A DNA stretch of 64,000 nt from a candidate division FCPU426 bacterium (GTDB lineage: Bacteria; Oederibacteriota; Muellerivitia; Muellerivitales; Muellerivitaceae), in the NCBI GenBank assembly GCA_963738405.1, contig CAVTWJ010000004.1:13499-77498 (forward strand), written 5' to 3'. This document shows positions 36,152-45,010 of this stretch, piece by piece (position 1 is the first letter of the stretch; each line of letters opens with the position of its first letter). A program made the position numbers and the translations under genes. The notes below the pieces were generated by a model. That model was not told where the DNA came from. It searched no databases and saw nothing but the letters and a program-made list of their open reading frames with translations.

Positions 36152-38887
36152 ATGAAGAATCAGTCCTTGTTGATTACGATCGGGCTTTTGTTTTTTGCAG
36201 CTTGCTTCTATATTTCCTGCGGAAGCGGCAGTCCCACGGCGCCGGCCCCCACCCCCGTTCCCGTGCCCACCGATACCCCTTGCGGTTATCCGGGCAATAC
36301 CTGCACAGTGACCTCCACCTTTACCTCGACCGATACGCCTACCTCGACCCATACGGCCACGACCACTTATTCGCCCACCCAAACCAATACCCCGACCCAA
36401 ACCTTCACCTGGACGGTCACGAAAACCCCGACGGACACCTTTACGTCAACTTCCACCTTTACGATAACGGATACACCGACAATAACGGATACACCCACCC
36501 ACACCCACACCTACACCTTCACCTTCAGCCCCACGGAAACCAGGACTTCGACGGAAACCTTCACACCGTCCGATACCCCTACGATTACGGATACCCCCAC
36601 CGTATCCAACACGCCCACCGTGACCAATACCCTGACCAGTACTACCACGCCCACTGTCACGAACACGGTGACCTGCACGAACACCCCGACCAACACTTCC
36701 CAATATTCCTCTACCTATACACCCACGATCACTCGCACGGCCACGATCACCTTAAGTCCCACCAATACCTCCACGTCCACGCCAGTGGGTATTTTCGTCA
36801 GCGGTTCGGTGACCTACACGGGGGCGGGAACCGTCTCGTCGGCCAACCCCATCGTGATTATCGCCTCCAATCCCCTGGCAACGAACGGGATGCCCGAAAC
36901 GGTTATCACCACAAACGGAGGCTCTTATTCTTTCGCGGTGACCGGTGGGAATAATTCCATCGTCTGCTGGTACTCGAACAAAGCGCCGCTCAATTGCCTG
37001 ACGAATGGCGGGGCCCCAGAGCAGGGGAATTACATGGGCTGGTACAACGGGGGCGCCCAGCCAGTCACGATCAATATCACTTCCAGTACTTCCAACATCA
37101 ACGTCACGATTGGTTCGGGCAGCGCCCTCCAGGGGGTTGCCGGGCCGGTGAGTTACCTGGGATTGAACAGCGTCGATAACAACCACCCGGTGATCGTGGA
37201 ACTCTTCAAGGACAGCGGCTACAGCACCCTGGACCAGTCGATGGGCCCGGGCGAGGAAGAGTTCAGCTGTGCCCATTCGACTTACAACTTCGCCTCCAGC
37301 AACAACGGGTCGACCGAATACCTGCTGGCTTTCCAGGACAACGCGGGTACGGGCCGCGTGAACGCCGCCAGTCAGGTTCCCGGCGGGGACCCGATGGTTT
37401 TGGCCGGATCCGTGGTGATTGGTACCTCAACGACCAAGAATATCGCTTTTCCCACTTCCACGCCGACCATGACGGTCACCTCCACCCCGATCCCCGCCCC
37501 CTACGTCTTCAAGGGAACGATCCATTACACCGGCGCAAAAAGCACTGCGGGCCAATACCTATTGATGATGGCCACCACCTGCATCAGCTGCGGCGGCAAC
37601 GATATGGTCACTTGGTCCACCCCGGGAACCTCGAGCGCGGTTTCCTATACCCTCAACCTGCCCTCCACCGGCAGTTACGTGGTCATGGGCATGTTGTCCA
37701 ATGATCCGGTCATGAACGGGCCGCCGCCGGTGGGCGCGCCTTACGGATTCTACGGAACAGGCACTGTTTGTTTGGGAGGAACACCCACGACCCTGGCCGT
37801 GAACGGGCCTACCACGCAGACTGCCAACATGTCTTTTGGGGACAGCTGCGAACTGAATGGTGTTTCGGGGACCATCAGCTACACCGGCGCGGGCTCAGTG
37901 GGCAGTAATGGTAACTCGCTGTATGTGACGGCTTATACGGATTCAAGCTACTCGACTCAGATTTCGGGACCCGGAAACAACTCCGTGACGGTGAATGGGG
38001 GCACTTATAACGTGATCAACACCGGCGGCGCCCCCACTACCGTCTATCTCCAGGCTTATTACGGGTCCGACAATAACAACGCCCCGGCAACCTGTGACGC
38101 GGTGACCAATTTAGGCCCGGTGGCCTTCAACACCACCACGACCACCAAAAATATCACGCTTTCCGACGCCTTCCTCTACAACTGCACGAACACCCTCTCG
38201 GGCACCGTCAATTGGACAGGGGCCGGCACGGTCAACACGTCCGATCCCATCGTCGTGCATGCCGTCCTTTGCCCCAGCGGGGATTGCAACAACCAAACGA
38301 ACTACTCTTGCGCAGTGACCCAAAACGGCGGGAACTATTTCGTGGGTTTTCCCGCAGCGGGATCCGTTTACGTTTCTGAGGAATACGTGGCCACGGGAAG
38401 GATTTGGAACAATTGGGATTACAACATCGGAAGCTACGCCGAAAATGCCGATGGAACTTGTTCCATCGAGACCGGCAATAATGGAAACCCCGTCATCGTC
38501 AGCGGAGCCGCCGTTTCAAACCTGAGTTTCGGTTCCAGTTGTGGACAACTCCAGGGTTATACCGGAACCGTGACCTATAACGGTTCCAAGGGCGCCCCGA
38601 CTTGCAATGGAAACCCCGGACGCCAAATTTGGGTCTCGGCCACGTATGGAAACAGTAAAAACGAGTTTTCCTATTGGGATACTAGCGTATGCAATAACGG
38701 TGACACCTATAAGATCATCTATGGAACAACGAGCGCGAGTCTATATTTGAGGGTCTGGTTTGATGACCAGGGTACGGGTGACCACCAGCCGCAGACCGGC
38801 GAGTCTGGGACCGTAGTGGGTCCCTACGTTACGAGCACCAACCCAACCTCTATCAACATTTCCTTTGATGATTCCCAAACCTGGTAA
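36152..38887 (+). CDS. Large repetitive surface lipoprotein: lipobox, ~180-aa Thr/Pro-rich tract, then ~5 repeated ~130-aa domains (G-x-[VI]-x-[YW]-T-G-A-G)
   Basis: Signal peptide plus lipobox YISC; TPT/TDT low-complexity region; recurring GSVTYTGAG, GTISYTGAG, GTVNWTGAG, GTVTYNGSKG units; terminator follows. Confidence 0.7.
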   Translation: MKNQSLLITIGLLFFAACFYISCGSGSPTAPAPTPVPVPTDTPCGYPGNTCTVTSTFTSTDTPTSTHTATTTYSPTQTNTPTQTFTWTVTKTPTDTFTSTSTFTITDTPTITDTPTHTHTYTFTFSPTETRTSTETFTPSDTPTITDTPTVSNTPTVTNTLTSTTTPTVTNTVTCTNTPTNTSQYSSTYTPTITRTATITLSPTNTSTSTPVGIFVSGSVTYTGAGTVSSANPIVIIASNPLATNGMPETVITTNGGSYSFAVTGGNNSIVCWYSNKAPLNCLTNGGAPEQGNYMGWYNGGAQPVTINITSSTSNINVTIGSGSALQGVAGPVSYLGLNSVDNNHPVIVELFKDSGYSTLDQSMGPGEEEFSCAHSTYNFASSNNGSTEYLLAFQDNAGTGRVNAASQVPGGDPMVLAGSVVIGTSTTKNIAFPTSTPTMTVTSTPIPAPYVFKGTIHYTGAKSTAGQYLLMMATTCISCGGNDMVTWSTPGTSSAVSYTLNLPSTGSYVVMGMLSNDPVMNGPPPVGAPYGFYGTGTVCLGGTPTTLAVNGPTTQTANMSFGDSCELNGVSGTISYTGAGSVGSNGNSLYVTAYTDSSYSTQISGPGNNSVTVNGGTYNVINTGGAPTTVYLQAYYGSDNNNAPATCDAVTNLGPVAFNTTTTTKNITLSDAFLYNCTNTLSGTVNWTGAGTVNTSDPIVVHAVLCPSGDCNNQTNYSCAVTQNGGNYFVGFPAAGSVYVSEEYVATGRIWNNWDYNIGSYAENADGTCSIETGNNGNPVIVSGAAVSNLSFGSSCGQLQGYTGTVTYNGSKGAPTCNGNPGRQIWVSATYGNSKNEFSYWDTSVCNNGDTYKIIYGTTSASLYLRVWFDDQGTGDHQPQTGESGTVVGPYVTSTNPTSINISFDDSQTW
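36270..36790 (+). repeat. Low-complexity ACC/ACG-rich coding repeat (Thr/Pro linker of the lipoprotein)
   Basis: Imperfect tandem acg-ccc-acc / acc-gat-acc units encoding TPT, TDT, TNT. Confidence 0.5.
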
Positions 38888-38902
38888 AAGCTTTTGGCAA
38901 AA

Positions 38903-38937
38903 AGGCCCGTCCCTTCATTGGGACGGGCCTTTTTTTA
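38903..38937 (+). terminator. Rho-independent terminator
   Basis: AGGCCCGTCCC-ttcatt-GGGACGGGCCT stem-loop followed by TTTTTTT. Confidence 0.7.
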
Positions 38938-39192
38938 TTTGGAGTGGGCGTCAAGGAACCAGTCGCCGGAAAATATCATGGTTGTATATAGGTGATATAC
39001 TGGCCGCATTGAAAAACCCGGCAGTTGAAACGGGATATTAACGGCAGGGCGTTATTGAACGGGATGGTTATCGATGGAACCTGAAGTCCAATAATAAAAA
39101 AACCGGGTCTGGTCCCACGCTCTCCAGCGTGGAACAGGGCTCAATTCACCGCAGAATTGAGCAGGGATTAACCATTATTAGTACGAGTTAGG

Positions 39193-39220
39193 TGTTCACG
39201 ATGGGGACCCGTCGTGGACA
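39193..39220. repeat. Palindromic element copy (TTCACGATGG-GGAC-CCGTCGTGGACA, 2 mismatches)
   Basis: 41 nt upstream of the first AT-rich small ORF. Confidence 0.6.
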
Positions 39221-39260
39221 GGTAACATGGATTGGGAAACATTGAAAGAGGATGTGAAGT

Positions 39261-39665
39261 TTGGCAAAAAATGAAAAAATCCAAATATTATTATTCCCTT
39301 TTCTGTTCCTTGGGTTAATGATTATTTTTCCATATATAAGTTTTGGATTTAATAAATGGCTTGGGAGAAATTTAGGGAATTTTTTATTTTTTCTACCGCA
39401 ATATGTATTTCCATATGACGGGTATTTCAGAAGTGGCCCGTTTGATGAAACTGCCCACTTAAGTCTTCATCCGCTTGGTTTGCCAGGATGGATTGCATCG
39501 TTGATTCATTGGACGATTGTCATTTTTATTTATTATTGGCTTACTCGAAAATTATCCTTTGGAAAATCACTTCTAATGTTTTGCTTTTTGGCTATTTCAT
39601 CATTAGTAATTGTCTATTTTTCATTGGGGGTTTTTGGATGGAATTTCAGCATTGATGGACCATAA
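39261..39665 (+). CDS. Small hypothetical membrane protein (AT-rich island gene 1)
   Basis: 134 aa, ~33% GC, 3-4 TM segments; AAAGAGGA SD region. Confidence 0.5.
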   Translation: MAKNEKIQILLFPFLFLGLMIIFPYISFGFNKWLGRNLGNFLFFLPQYVFPYDGYFRSGPFDETAHLSLHPLGLPGWIASLIHWTIVIFIYYWLTRKLSFGKSLLMFCFLAISSLVIVYFSLGVFGWNFSIDGP

Positions 39666-39678
39666 AAAAGGAATTCTC

Positions 39679-39708
39679 TTGTCCACGACGGGGACCCGTC
39701 GTGGACAA
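39679..39708. repeat. Perfect palindromic element TTGTCCACGACGG-GGAC-CCGTCGTGGACAA
   Basis: 13-bp arms, 4-nt loop, followed by AGAAAAAAGG; 43 nt upstream of the next ORF. Confidence 0.7.
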
Positions 39709-39750
39709 AGAAAAAAGGCGTAAAGTGTTATCGGCAATAGGAGATCGAAA

Positions 39751-40086
39751 ATGGATCGCAAAATAATCGCCGAAGTTATATTCGCATTTTTAGGAGTATG
39801 GATGATCGCCCTCCCTTCATTCTTTTTAAAGTTCCTCGCAAAGGGGGCACAGTTTAATTATGAAAATTTAAAATCAAATTTAGATAGGATTAAAAGGGAA
39901 GGGCCGGCAAATCTGAACGAAAAATTAGCGACGAAATTTGGTCCCAACATCTTTCAAAAAATCTCGATGAATAAGGATGTTTATAAACCCCCGACGGAAA
40001 CACAAAAGTGGTTAATGAGATCATTGGGGATATTATTCGTTTGCATATCTCTTGGCGTTTTATTCAATCTGATTGGGGTTAGATGA
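39751..40086 (+). CDS. Small hypothetical membrane protein (AT-rich island gene 2)
   Basis: 111 aa, N- and C-terminal TM helices, AT-rich; GGAGATCG SD-like sequence. Confidence 0.5.
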   Translation: MDRKIIAEVIFAFLGVWMIALPSFFLKFLAKGAQFNYENLKSNLDRIKREGPANLNEKLATKFGPNIFQKISMNKDVYKPPTETQKWLMRSLGILFVCISLGVLFNLIGVR

Positions 40087-40149
40087 AACATTGTTAATTT
40101 TTCTCTCCAGTTTCTTAACCGATTTGAGGACCGTTTGGTTGAAGCTTGT

Positions 40150-40178
40150 TTGTCCACGACGGGGACCCATCGTGGACA
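40150..40178. repeat. Palindromic element copy TTGTCCACGACGG-GGAC-CCATCGTGGACAG
   Basis: One mismatch; followed by AAAAATAAAG; 58 nt upstream of the next ORF. Confidence 0.65.
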
Positions 40179-40235
40179 GAAAAATAAAGTGTAAGTATTT
40201 CATTTGGACGGTATTACGGGAAAAAGGATTAGAAT

Positions 40236-40769
40236 TTGGAAACTAAAACGGAAATAAATCCAAACGAATTTAGAACACTTTACCGTCCCCGTTTTGCTGA
40301 TTGGCTCATTGCTTGTCTTTTTTTCTTAACTTTTGGTTTGGGACTTCCATCTATGTTGGTTGAAAAAAGTTTGGATGTTTGGGGAAAGAACATTTTATCT
40401 TTGGATTCGATTGAAAGGTTTTTTGGGTGCGTTGTAGTAATCGGAATGGAAATAATTTTATTGAAAGAATGTTTAAAATCTTGGCTTTCTGAAGTTAGTG
40501 TTAATTCTATGAGACTAAAATTAAAAATTCTTTCTTTTGAAAAAATAATTGAATGGAAAACTCTTCATTCTATTTCTCTTTCGCCCAATAGCTGGGGAAC
40601 AGTTGATTTGTATTTGTTTTTTCCAAATAAAAAGAAAATTAGGTTTTGGTCGGCCTTTGGTCCTGCAAGTAGATTTATCTACCAAGGTATAAAAGAATTC
40701 AGACCTGATCTGATTGATGAACTGAAAAAGCAGGGGAAAATGCATGAGTATAAAGGTGTATTTATTTAA
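40236..40769 (+). CDS. Hypothetical membrane protein (AT-rich island gene 3)
   Basis: 177 aa, TTG start with AAAAAGGA SD; two N-terminal TM helices; AT-rich. Confidence 0.5.
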   Translation: METKTEINPNEFRTLYRPRFADWLIACLFFLTFGLGLPSMLVEKSLDVWGKNILSLDSIERFFGCVVVIGMEIILLKECLKSWLSEVSVNSMRLKLKILSFEKIIEWKTLHSISLSPNSWGTVDLYLFFPNKKKIRFWSAFGPASRFIYQGIKEFRPDLIDELKKQGKMHEYKGVFI

Positions 40770-40783
40770 ACCAGATACTTAAC

Positions 40784-40812
40784 CTGTCCACGACGGGGAC
40801 CCGTCGTGGACA
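40784..40812. repeat. Perfect palindromic element CTGTCCACGACGG-GGAC-CCGTCGTGGACAG, followed by a second small IR (ACAGTCAGT..ACTGACTGT)
   Basis: Same family; lies directly 3' of island gene 3. Confidence 0.7.
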
Positions 40813-40920
40813 GTCAGTACCACTGACTGTCTTATTCGAAAATGTTTCCCCGGAACTTTCTAGCTTTCTCAAAAAATTTTAGGGGAATGATAAACCTGTA
40901 CTTACCTGGTAAAGTTACCC

Positions 40921-40950
40921 CCTGTCCGCAAAAGGAACCCGTTGTGAACA
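40921..40950. repeat. Degenerate copy of the palindromic element (CTGTCCGCAAAAGG-AAC-CCGTTGTGAACAA) with an AAAGAAAA tail
   Basis: 32 nt upstream of ORF 40982. Confidence 0.35.
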
Positions 40951-40981
40951 AAGAAAATGCCGATAAGGAGCCTTCCAAACC

Positions 40982-41305
40982 ATGACTTCGCGCCCGCCCC
41001 TTTTGATTGTGCTCTGCTTCCTAGGACTCGTTGGTTGTTTTCTGAACATGATGATGGTTTTATCCCCGCCTGTGCGCGAGATCGCGCCCTGGTTTCCAGG
41101 CTACCTATCGGCAGCGACGGCCCTAGCGGCCGCCTGCCTGGGGGGACTGTGGTTTCTCAAACGTTGGGCCCTATGGGGATATACCTTTTATTTTCTGGCC
41201 CAGCAATCCGTCTTTCTTTTGCTTCATCGCTGGGATGCCCATGCCTTGATCCTTCCCTTGGCCGTGACGGCTACGGCCTGGGCCTATTCAAAGAATATGA
41301 AGTGA
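40982..41305 (+). CDS. Small hypothetical 3-TM membrane protein
   Basis: 107 aa; hydrophobic helices (LLIVLCFLGLVGCF, AATALAAACLGGLWFL, LILPLAVTATAWAY); AAGGAG SD; preferred over the overlapping frame 40957..41313. Confidence 0.45.
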   Translation: MTSRPPLLIVLCFLGLVGCFLNMMMVLSPPVREIAPWFPGYLSAATALAAACLGGLWFLKRWALWGYTFYFLAQQSVFLLLHRWDAHALILPLAVTATAWAYSKNMK

Positions 41306-41315
41306 GCGTTTAAAC

Positions 41316-42320
41316 TTGGCTGCCTTCCTCCCTTTTCGGGGAACCCTCCATCCGCGCGGCTCCTTTGATTTGAATCTCACCCTTCTTTGCGGACAATGTT
41401 TCCGCTGGAAAAAATCAGCCGAGCCCGGGGTTTTGGAGGGGGTGGCCGGTGGGGCCTATTGGCGGCTTCGCCAGGAGGACTTGGTTATTCACTGGGAGTG
41501 CTCATCCCACGAAGTGAAAAAGGTACCGCCATCCGATTGGATTGCCGACTACCTGAATCTGGGCCAGGATCTGTCCGATTTTGAGAAAAATTTTCAGGAT
41601 CACCCCATCCTTTCCTTGCCCCTGCGACAGTTGGGAGGTTTGCGCTTGGTGAGACAGGAACCCTGGGAATGCGCCGTTTCTTATCTTTTTGCTCAAAGCC
41701 TTTCCGTCAAGGTGATTCAAAAGGCGCTGGATCGGTTTTGCGCGAAATTTGGAACAGAAATCTCCGAGGCGCCGGGCGCTTTTGCTTTTCCCGAACCGCG
41801 GGAAGTGAGCCTGTTAAACCCCGGGGAGCTCCGGCCCTACGCCAACAACAACCGGGCCCGGGCGGAACGGATCGTGAAATTGGCCCGGACCTTGGAATCC
41901 AGGGTTCTGACCCTGGAGCACCTGAAAACCATACCCTGCGATGAGGCGAGGGAAGCCTTGACGGGATTGGAAGGCATTGGGCCCAAAATCGCCGATTGCA
42001 TCCTTCTCTTTTCGCTGGACCATGGTTCGGCCTTTCCGGTGGATCGCTGGGTCTTGAGGGCCCTGAAACAACATTTTCCAGGGGTACGGTTTCTTCAGGC
42101 GGTCGGCTTGAATCCAACCCCCGCCCAATATCCCCGATTAGTCCAAAAGGCCCGAGCGGTCTTCGGCCCATGGTGCGGTTTGGCGAGCGAATATCTTTTT
42201 TTATATTTCAGGCTTTTGGAAGATCCGGCTCTGCGATTGGAACTGGGAAAAGAATTGGTGAGTCCCTTTTCAACCGTTATAGGGTTCAAGACTAAAAGGA
42301 AGGCTTTCAAAAAAGCCTGA
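41316..42320 (+). CDS. ogg: 8-oxoguanine DNA glycosylase/AP lyase (OGG1-type, HhH-GPD superfamily)
   Basis: N-terminal OGG domain (LNLTLLCGQCFRW); HhH-GPD motif GLEGIGPKIADCILLFSLDHGSAFPVDRWV with catalytic Lys and Asp; TTG start. Confidence 0.75.
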   Translation: MAAFLPFRGTLHPRGSFDLNLTLLCGQCFRWKKSAEPGVLEGVAGGAYWRLRQEDLVIHWECSSHEVKKVPPSDWIADYLNLGQDLSDFEKNFQDHPILSLPLRQLGGLRLVRQEPWECAVSYLFAQSLSVKVIQKALDRFCAKFGTEISEAPGAFAFPEPREVSLLNPGELRPYANNNRARAERIVKLARTLESRVLTLEHLKTIPCDEAREALTGLEGIGPKIADCILLFSLDHGSAFPVDRWVLRALKQHFPGVRFLQAVGLNPTPAQYPRLVQKARAVFGPWCGLASEYLFLYFRLLEDPALRLELGKELVSPFSTVIGFKTKRKAFKKA

Positions 42321-42363
42321 AAACCTATAAAATTTTTAACCAATTCATTTTAAGGACCCTCCA

Positions 42364-43776
42364 TTGCGTGCCCATCTTCTCATTGTTGACGATGAAGAAA
42401 GCGTTCGTGAATCTTTCCGTCTTGCTCTCCAGGAAAAATACGAGATGACTTTTGCCGAGAATGTTAAATCGGCATTAAAGGCGCTTAAACTTCGGGATTA
42501 TGACCTTTGCCTGCTTGATATTCTCCTGCCGGACGGGTCGGGAGTGGATCTTTTAAGGCAGGTGAAACGGAGGGACGAGACCCTAGACGCCATCATGGTG
42601 ACGGCGGTTCAGGGTGTGGATGTCGCATTGGACGCGATGAAACTTGGCGCTTACGATTACGTGACTAAACCCTATAAACTTGAAGAGTTGTATGCCGTCA
42701 TCCATCGCGCGCTTATGAAGCGTAAAATGGAACGGGAAAACCGTTACCTGAAAGAAGAAAGACAAAAACACCATCCCCTGGCCCTGTTGGGCTCCAGTCC
42801 GGAATTTCGTGAAGTCCTTAAAAAAATCGAGGGAATCGCCGCGGTGGAGGGTCCGGTTTTAATTACAGGGGAATCGGGATGCGGGCAGGAAGACATCGCC
42901 CGGGAAATTCATCGATTAAGCCCAAGATCCAACGGTCCCTTTGTCTGTTTGGATTGTTCCGACGTTCAGAGGGGACATTGGGACAGTGAACTTTTCGGCA
43001 TGGAGGGGGATGATTCGTATAAAAGAACTCCTCAATACGGCAAATTGGATTTTGCCCAAGGGGGGACTCTTTTTTTAAACCAAGTCGATTCCATCCCCGC
43101 CCTAATACAGGACAAGCTGGCCGACGCGCTAACGGAAAAGCAATTTACCCGGCTGGAAAGCAAAGTCGTTCAATCGTTGGATGTCCGGGTGATCGCTTCC
43201 TTCGAAATCGAATCGTCGGCCCACACCGCCGCACCGCCATTGCGAAAAGACCTTTTCCAAATATTGAAGATTTTCCCCTTGGCCATTCCGCCTTTAAGGG
43301 AAAGGGAAGGGGACCTGCCTGAACTCCTAAATCAATTCCTTAAAAACGCCAATCAAAGGGCCAATGTTCCGGTTAAAACGATTCATAAGGATGTCATCCA
43401 GCTTTTGGTGAAATATCCTTGGCCCGGAAATCTTCGGGAAATGGAAGCGGTTGTGGAAATGATGGTTCTCTTCGCGGGGAAAGAAAGCCTGGGAATGGAG
43501 GATGTTCCCCTTGATTTACTTGTAAAACAAATCGACCTGGCTCCGTCGAGGGAGGACGCTAAAATTTCCCTCAAAAGGGTCCGTCACCAGTTTGAAAGGC
43601 AATATATCCGGAATGTTTTGGAGCGCACCCGGGGAAACCAAACCCGGACCGCGGCAACTCTTGGACTTCATCGCAATACGCTCATCTGGAAATTGAAAGA
43701 ATTGGATCTTGAAGGTGAATATAAGCAGATTGTGAAGAAGAGGCGTGATCGGGGGATTGGTTTTAAGGACCTTTAA
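42364..43776 (+). CDS. NtrC-family response regulator (REC + AAA+ sigma54-interaction-like + Fis HTH) with a degenerate AAA+ core
   Basis: REC domain with acceptor Asp (CLLDILLPDGSG); Walker A GESGCGQE (Lys to Gln), Walker B LFLNQVD (DE to NQ), GAFTGA absent (ELFGMEGDDSYKRTP); C-terminal HTH TRTAATLGLHRNTLIWKLK. Confidence 0.8.
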   Translation: MRAHLLIVDDEESVRESFRLALQEKYEMTFAENVKSALKALKLRDYDLCLLDILLPDGSGVDLLRQVKRRDETLDAIMVTAVQGVDVALDAMKLGAYDYVTKPYKLEELYAVIHRALMKRKMERENRYLKEERQKHHPLALLGSSPEFREVLKKIEGIAAVEGPVLITGESGCGQEDIAREIHRLSPRSNGPFVCLDCSDVQRGHWDSELFGMEGDDSYKRTPQYGKLDFAQGGTLFLNQVDSIPALIQDKLADALTEKQFTRLESKVVQSLDVRVIASFEIESSAHTAAPPLRKDLFQILKIFPLAIPPLREREGDLPELLNQFLKNANQRANVPVKTIHKDVIQLLVKYPWPGNLREMEAVVEMMVLFAGKESLGMEDVPLDLLVKQIDLAPSREDAKISLKRVRHQFERQYIRNVLERTRGNQTRTAATLGLHRNTLIWKLKELDLEGEYKQIVKKRRDRGIGFKDL

Positions 43777-43779
43777 TTT

Positions 43780-44952
43780 ATGAGCGAATCTAAGATTCCG
43801 TCATCTTTCCCAGGAATGATCCCCCTGCGTTCCCTTTTGAAAACAGGGACTGACGACTCCCTTGATCTTGCCACCCTAAGCCGATACCTGGAAGAACGCT
43901 TTCATTACCCCCCGCTGACTTTTTTGCGAAAAACCCATGAGGGATTGCTGGGTTCGTGGAATGGCTCACCCGTGCGGATCGCCCCCTCCACCTCCCGCTA
44001 CCGGCAAATGGCGAGTTCTTTAAAAACCTCTAGGGGGGTGCGCTCAAACACAAAGCCCTGGGCTCTGTTATTTCCAGTTTTTGTCGGCCAGGAATGGGTG
44101 GGATGCCTGGCGGTCGGTCAAGACGCCGGGGGGAAAGAACTGTCGCGTCATTTCCTGGAATCCTGGATTCCCCTCCTCGTTTGGACACTGGGAATGGTTT
44201 TGGAAAACCGCCAGCTTGGGAAAATGCTTGAAAGGGCCGATCGTCAATCTTCTCTTGGGTTTCTTTCCGCCGGAGTATTTCATGAAATAAGAAATCCACT
44301 GACCGCCTTGAGCACCTTAATTCAATTACTGCCCCTGAAAAAAAATGACCCGGCCTTCATGGATTCTTTCCAAGCTCTCATGCTGAAAGAATTGGAACGC
44401 CTTGAGGTCTTGACCGATCAAAGTTTAAAGTTCGCCCGAACAGGCGGGAAGACCGTCGAGGACGTGGACTTACAGGAAACCCTTGAACGCATTCACCAGC
44501 TCATCCGGCCCAGTCTTGGCCGTAAAAAAATCCGTTTTTTATTTAGAGTTGAACAGGGCTTGAGCCTCAAGGTTGAACAGGCGCAATTTGAAAGCTTGGC
44601 GGTGAATCTGCTTAAAAACGCAATCAACGCCGTCGGAGGGAAAGGATTGGTTCAGGTGAGCGCGAAAAGGCTCCGGCCCGGCAAGGGCATTGTAAAATCC
44701 TGGGTTTGTCTTTCGGTCAAGGATGACGGCAAGGGTATCCCGTCAGGGGAAATTGAGAGGATTTTTGACCCCTATTTCACGACCCGAAATGGCGGAACGG
44801 GGTTGGGACTTGCCATTTGCCAGAGGATCATGGAAAACCACGGTGGACATCTTAAAGTAAAGAGTAAACGAAGGCAGGGCACTGTTTTTACAGCCTATTT
44901 TCCATCTCATTACAGGGTAAAAAATAAGGGGTTTTCCGATTTCCAACCCTAA
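43780..44952 (+). CDS. Cytoplasmic sensor histidine kinase (GAF-like N-terminal domain, HisKA, HATPase_c)
   Basis: H-box FHEIRNPLTAL; N, G1 and G2 boxes (NLLKNAINA, VKDDGKGI, GGTGLGLAICQRIM); no TM segments. Confidence 0.85.
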   Translation: MSESKIPSSFPGMIPLRSLLKTGTDDSLDLATLSRYLEERFHYPPLTFLRKTHEGLLGSWNGSPVRIAPSTSRYRQMASSLKTSRGVRSNTKPWALLFPVFVGQEWVGCLAVGQDAGGKELSRHFLESWIPLLVWTLGMVLENRQLGKMLERADRQSSLGFLSAGVFHEIRNPLTALSTLIQLLPLKKNDPAFMDSFQALMLKELERLEVLTDQSLKFARTGGKTVEDVDLQETLERIHQLIRPSLGRKKIRFLFRVEQGLSLKVEQAQFESLAVNLLKNAINAVGGKGLVQVSAKRLRPGKGIVKSWVCLSVKDDGKGIPSGEIERIFDPYFTTRNGGTGLGLAICQRIMENHGGHLKVKSKRRQGTVFTAYFPSHYRVKNKGFSDFQP

Positions 44953-45010
44953 GCCATTCTTTAATTTTTATAATTTTGGTATCCTTGGGTGACAAATTTG
45001 GAGGGGGCAG

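Noticed and set aside
39193-40950. Regularly spaced identical palindromic repeats raised the question of a CRISPR array
   Set aside because: The intervals are 450-630 bp and contain ORFs with SD sequences. The repeats are perfect palindromes with A-rich tails, and there are no cas genes. This is not CRISPR.
39193-40950. Integron attC sites / classical integron cassette array
   Set aside because: The elements are only 30 bp and are perfect palindromes. They lack the R''/L''-L'/R' organisation and the GTTRRRY core. No intI gene or attI site lies in the window. The analogy is kept only as 'cassette-like'.
40957-41313. Alternative 118-aa frame for the ORF after the island
   Set aside because: The overlapping frame 40982..41305 gives a coherent three-helix membrane protein with an AAGGAG SD. 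The 40957 frame is Pro/Arg/Gly-rich and lacks an SD.
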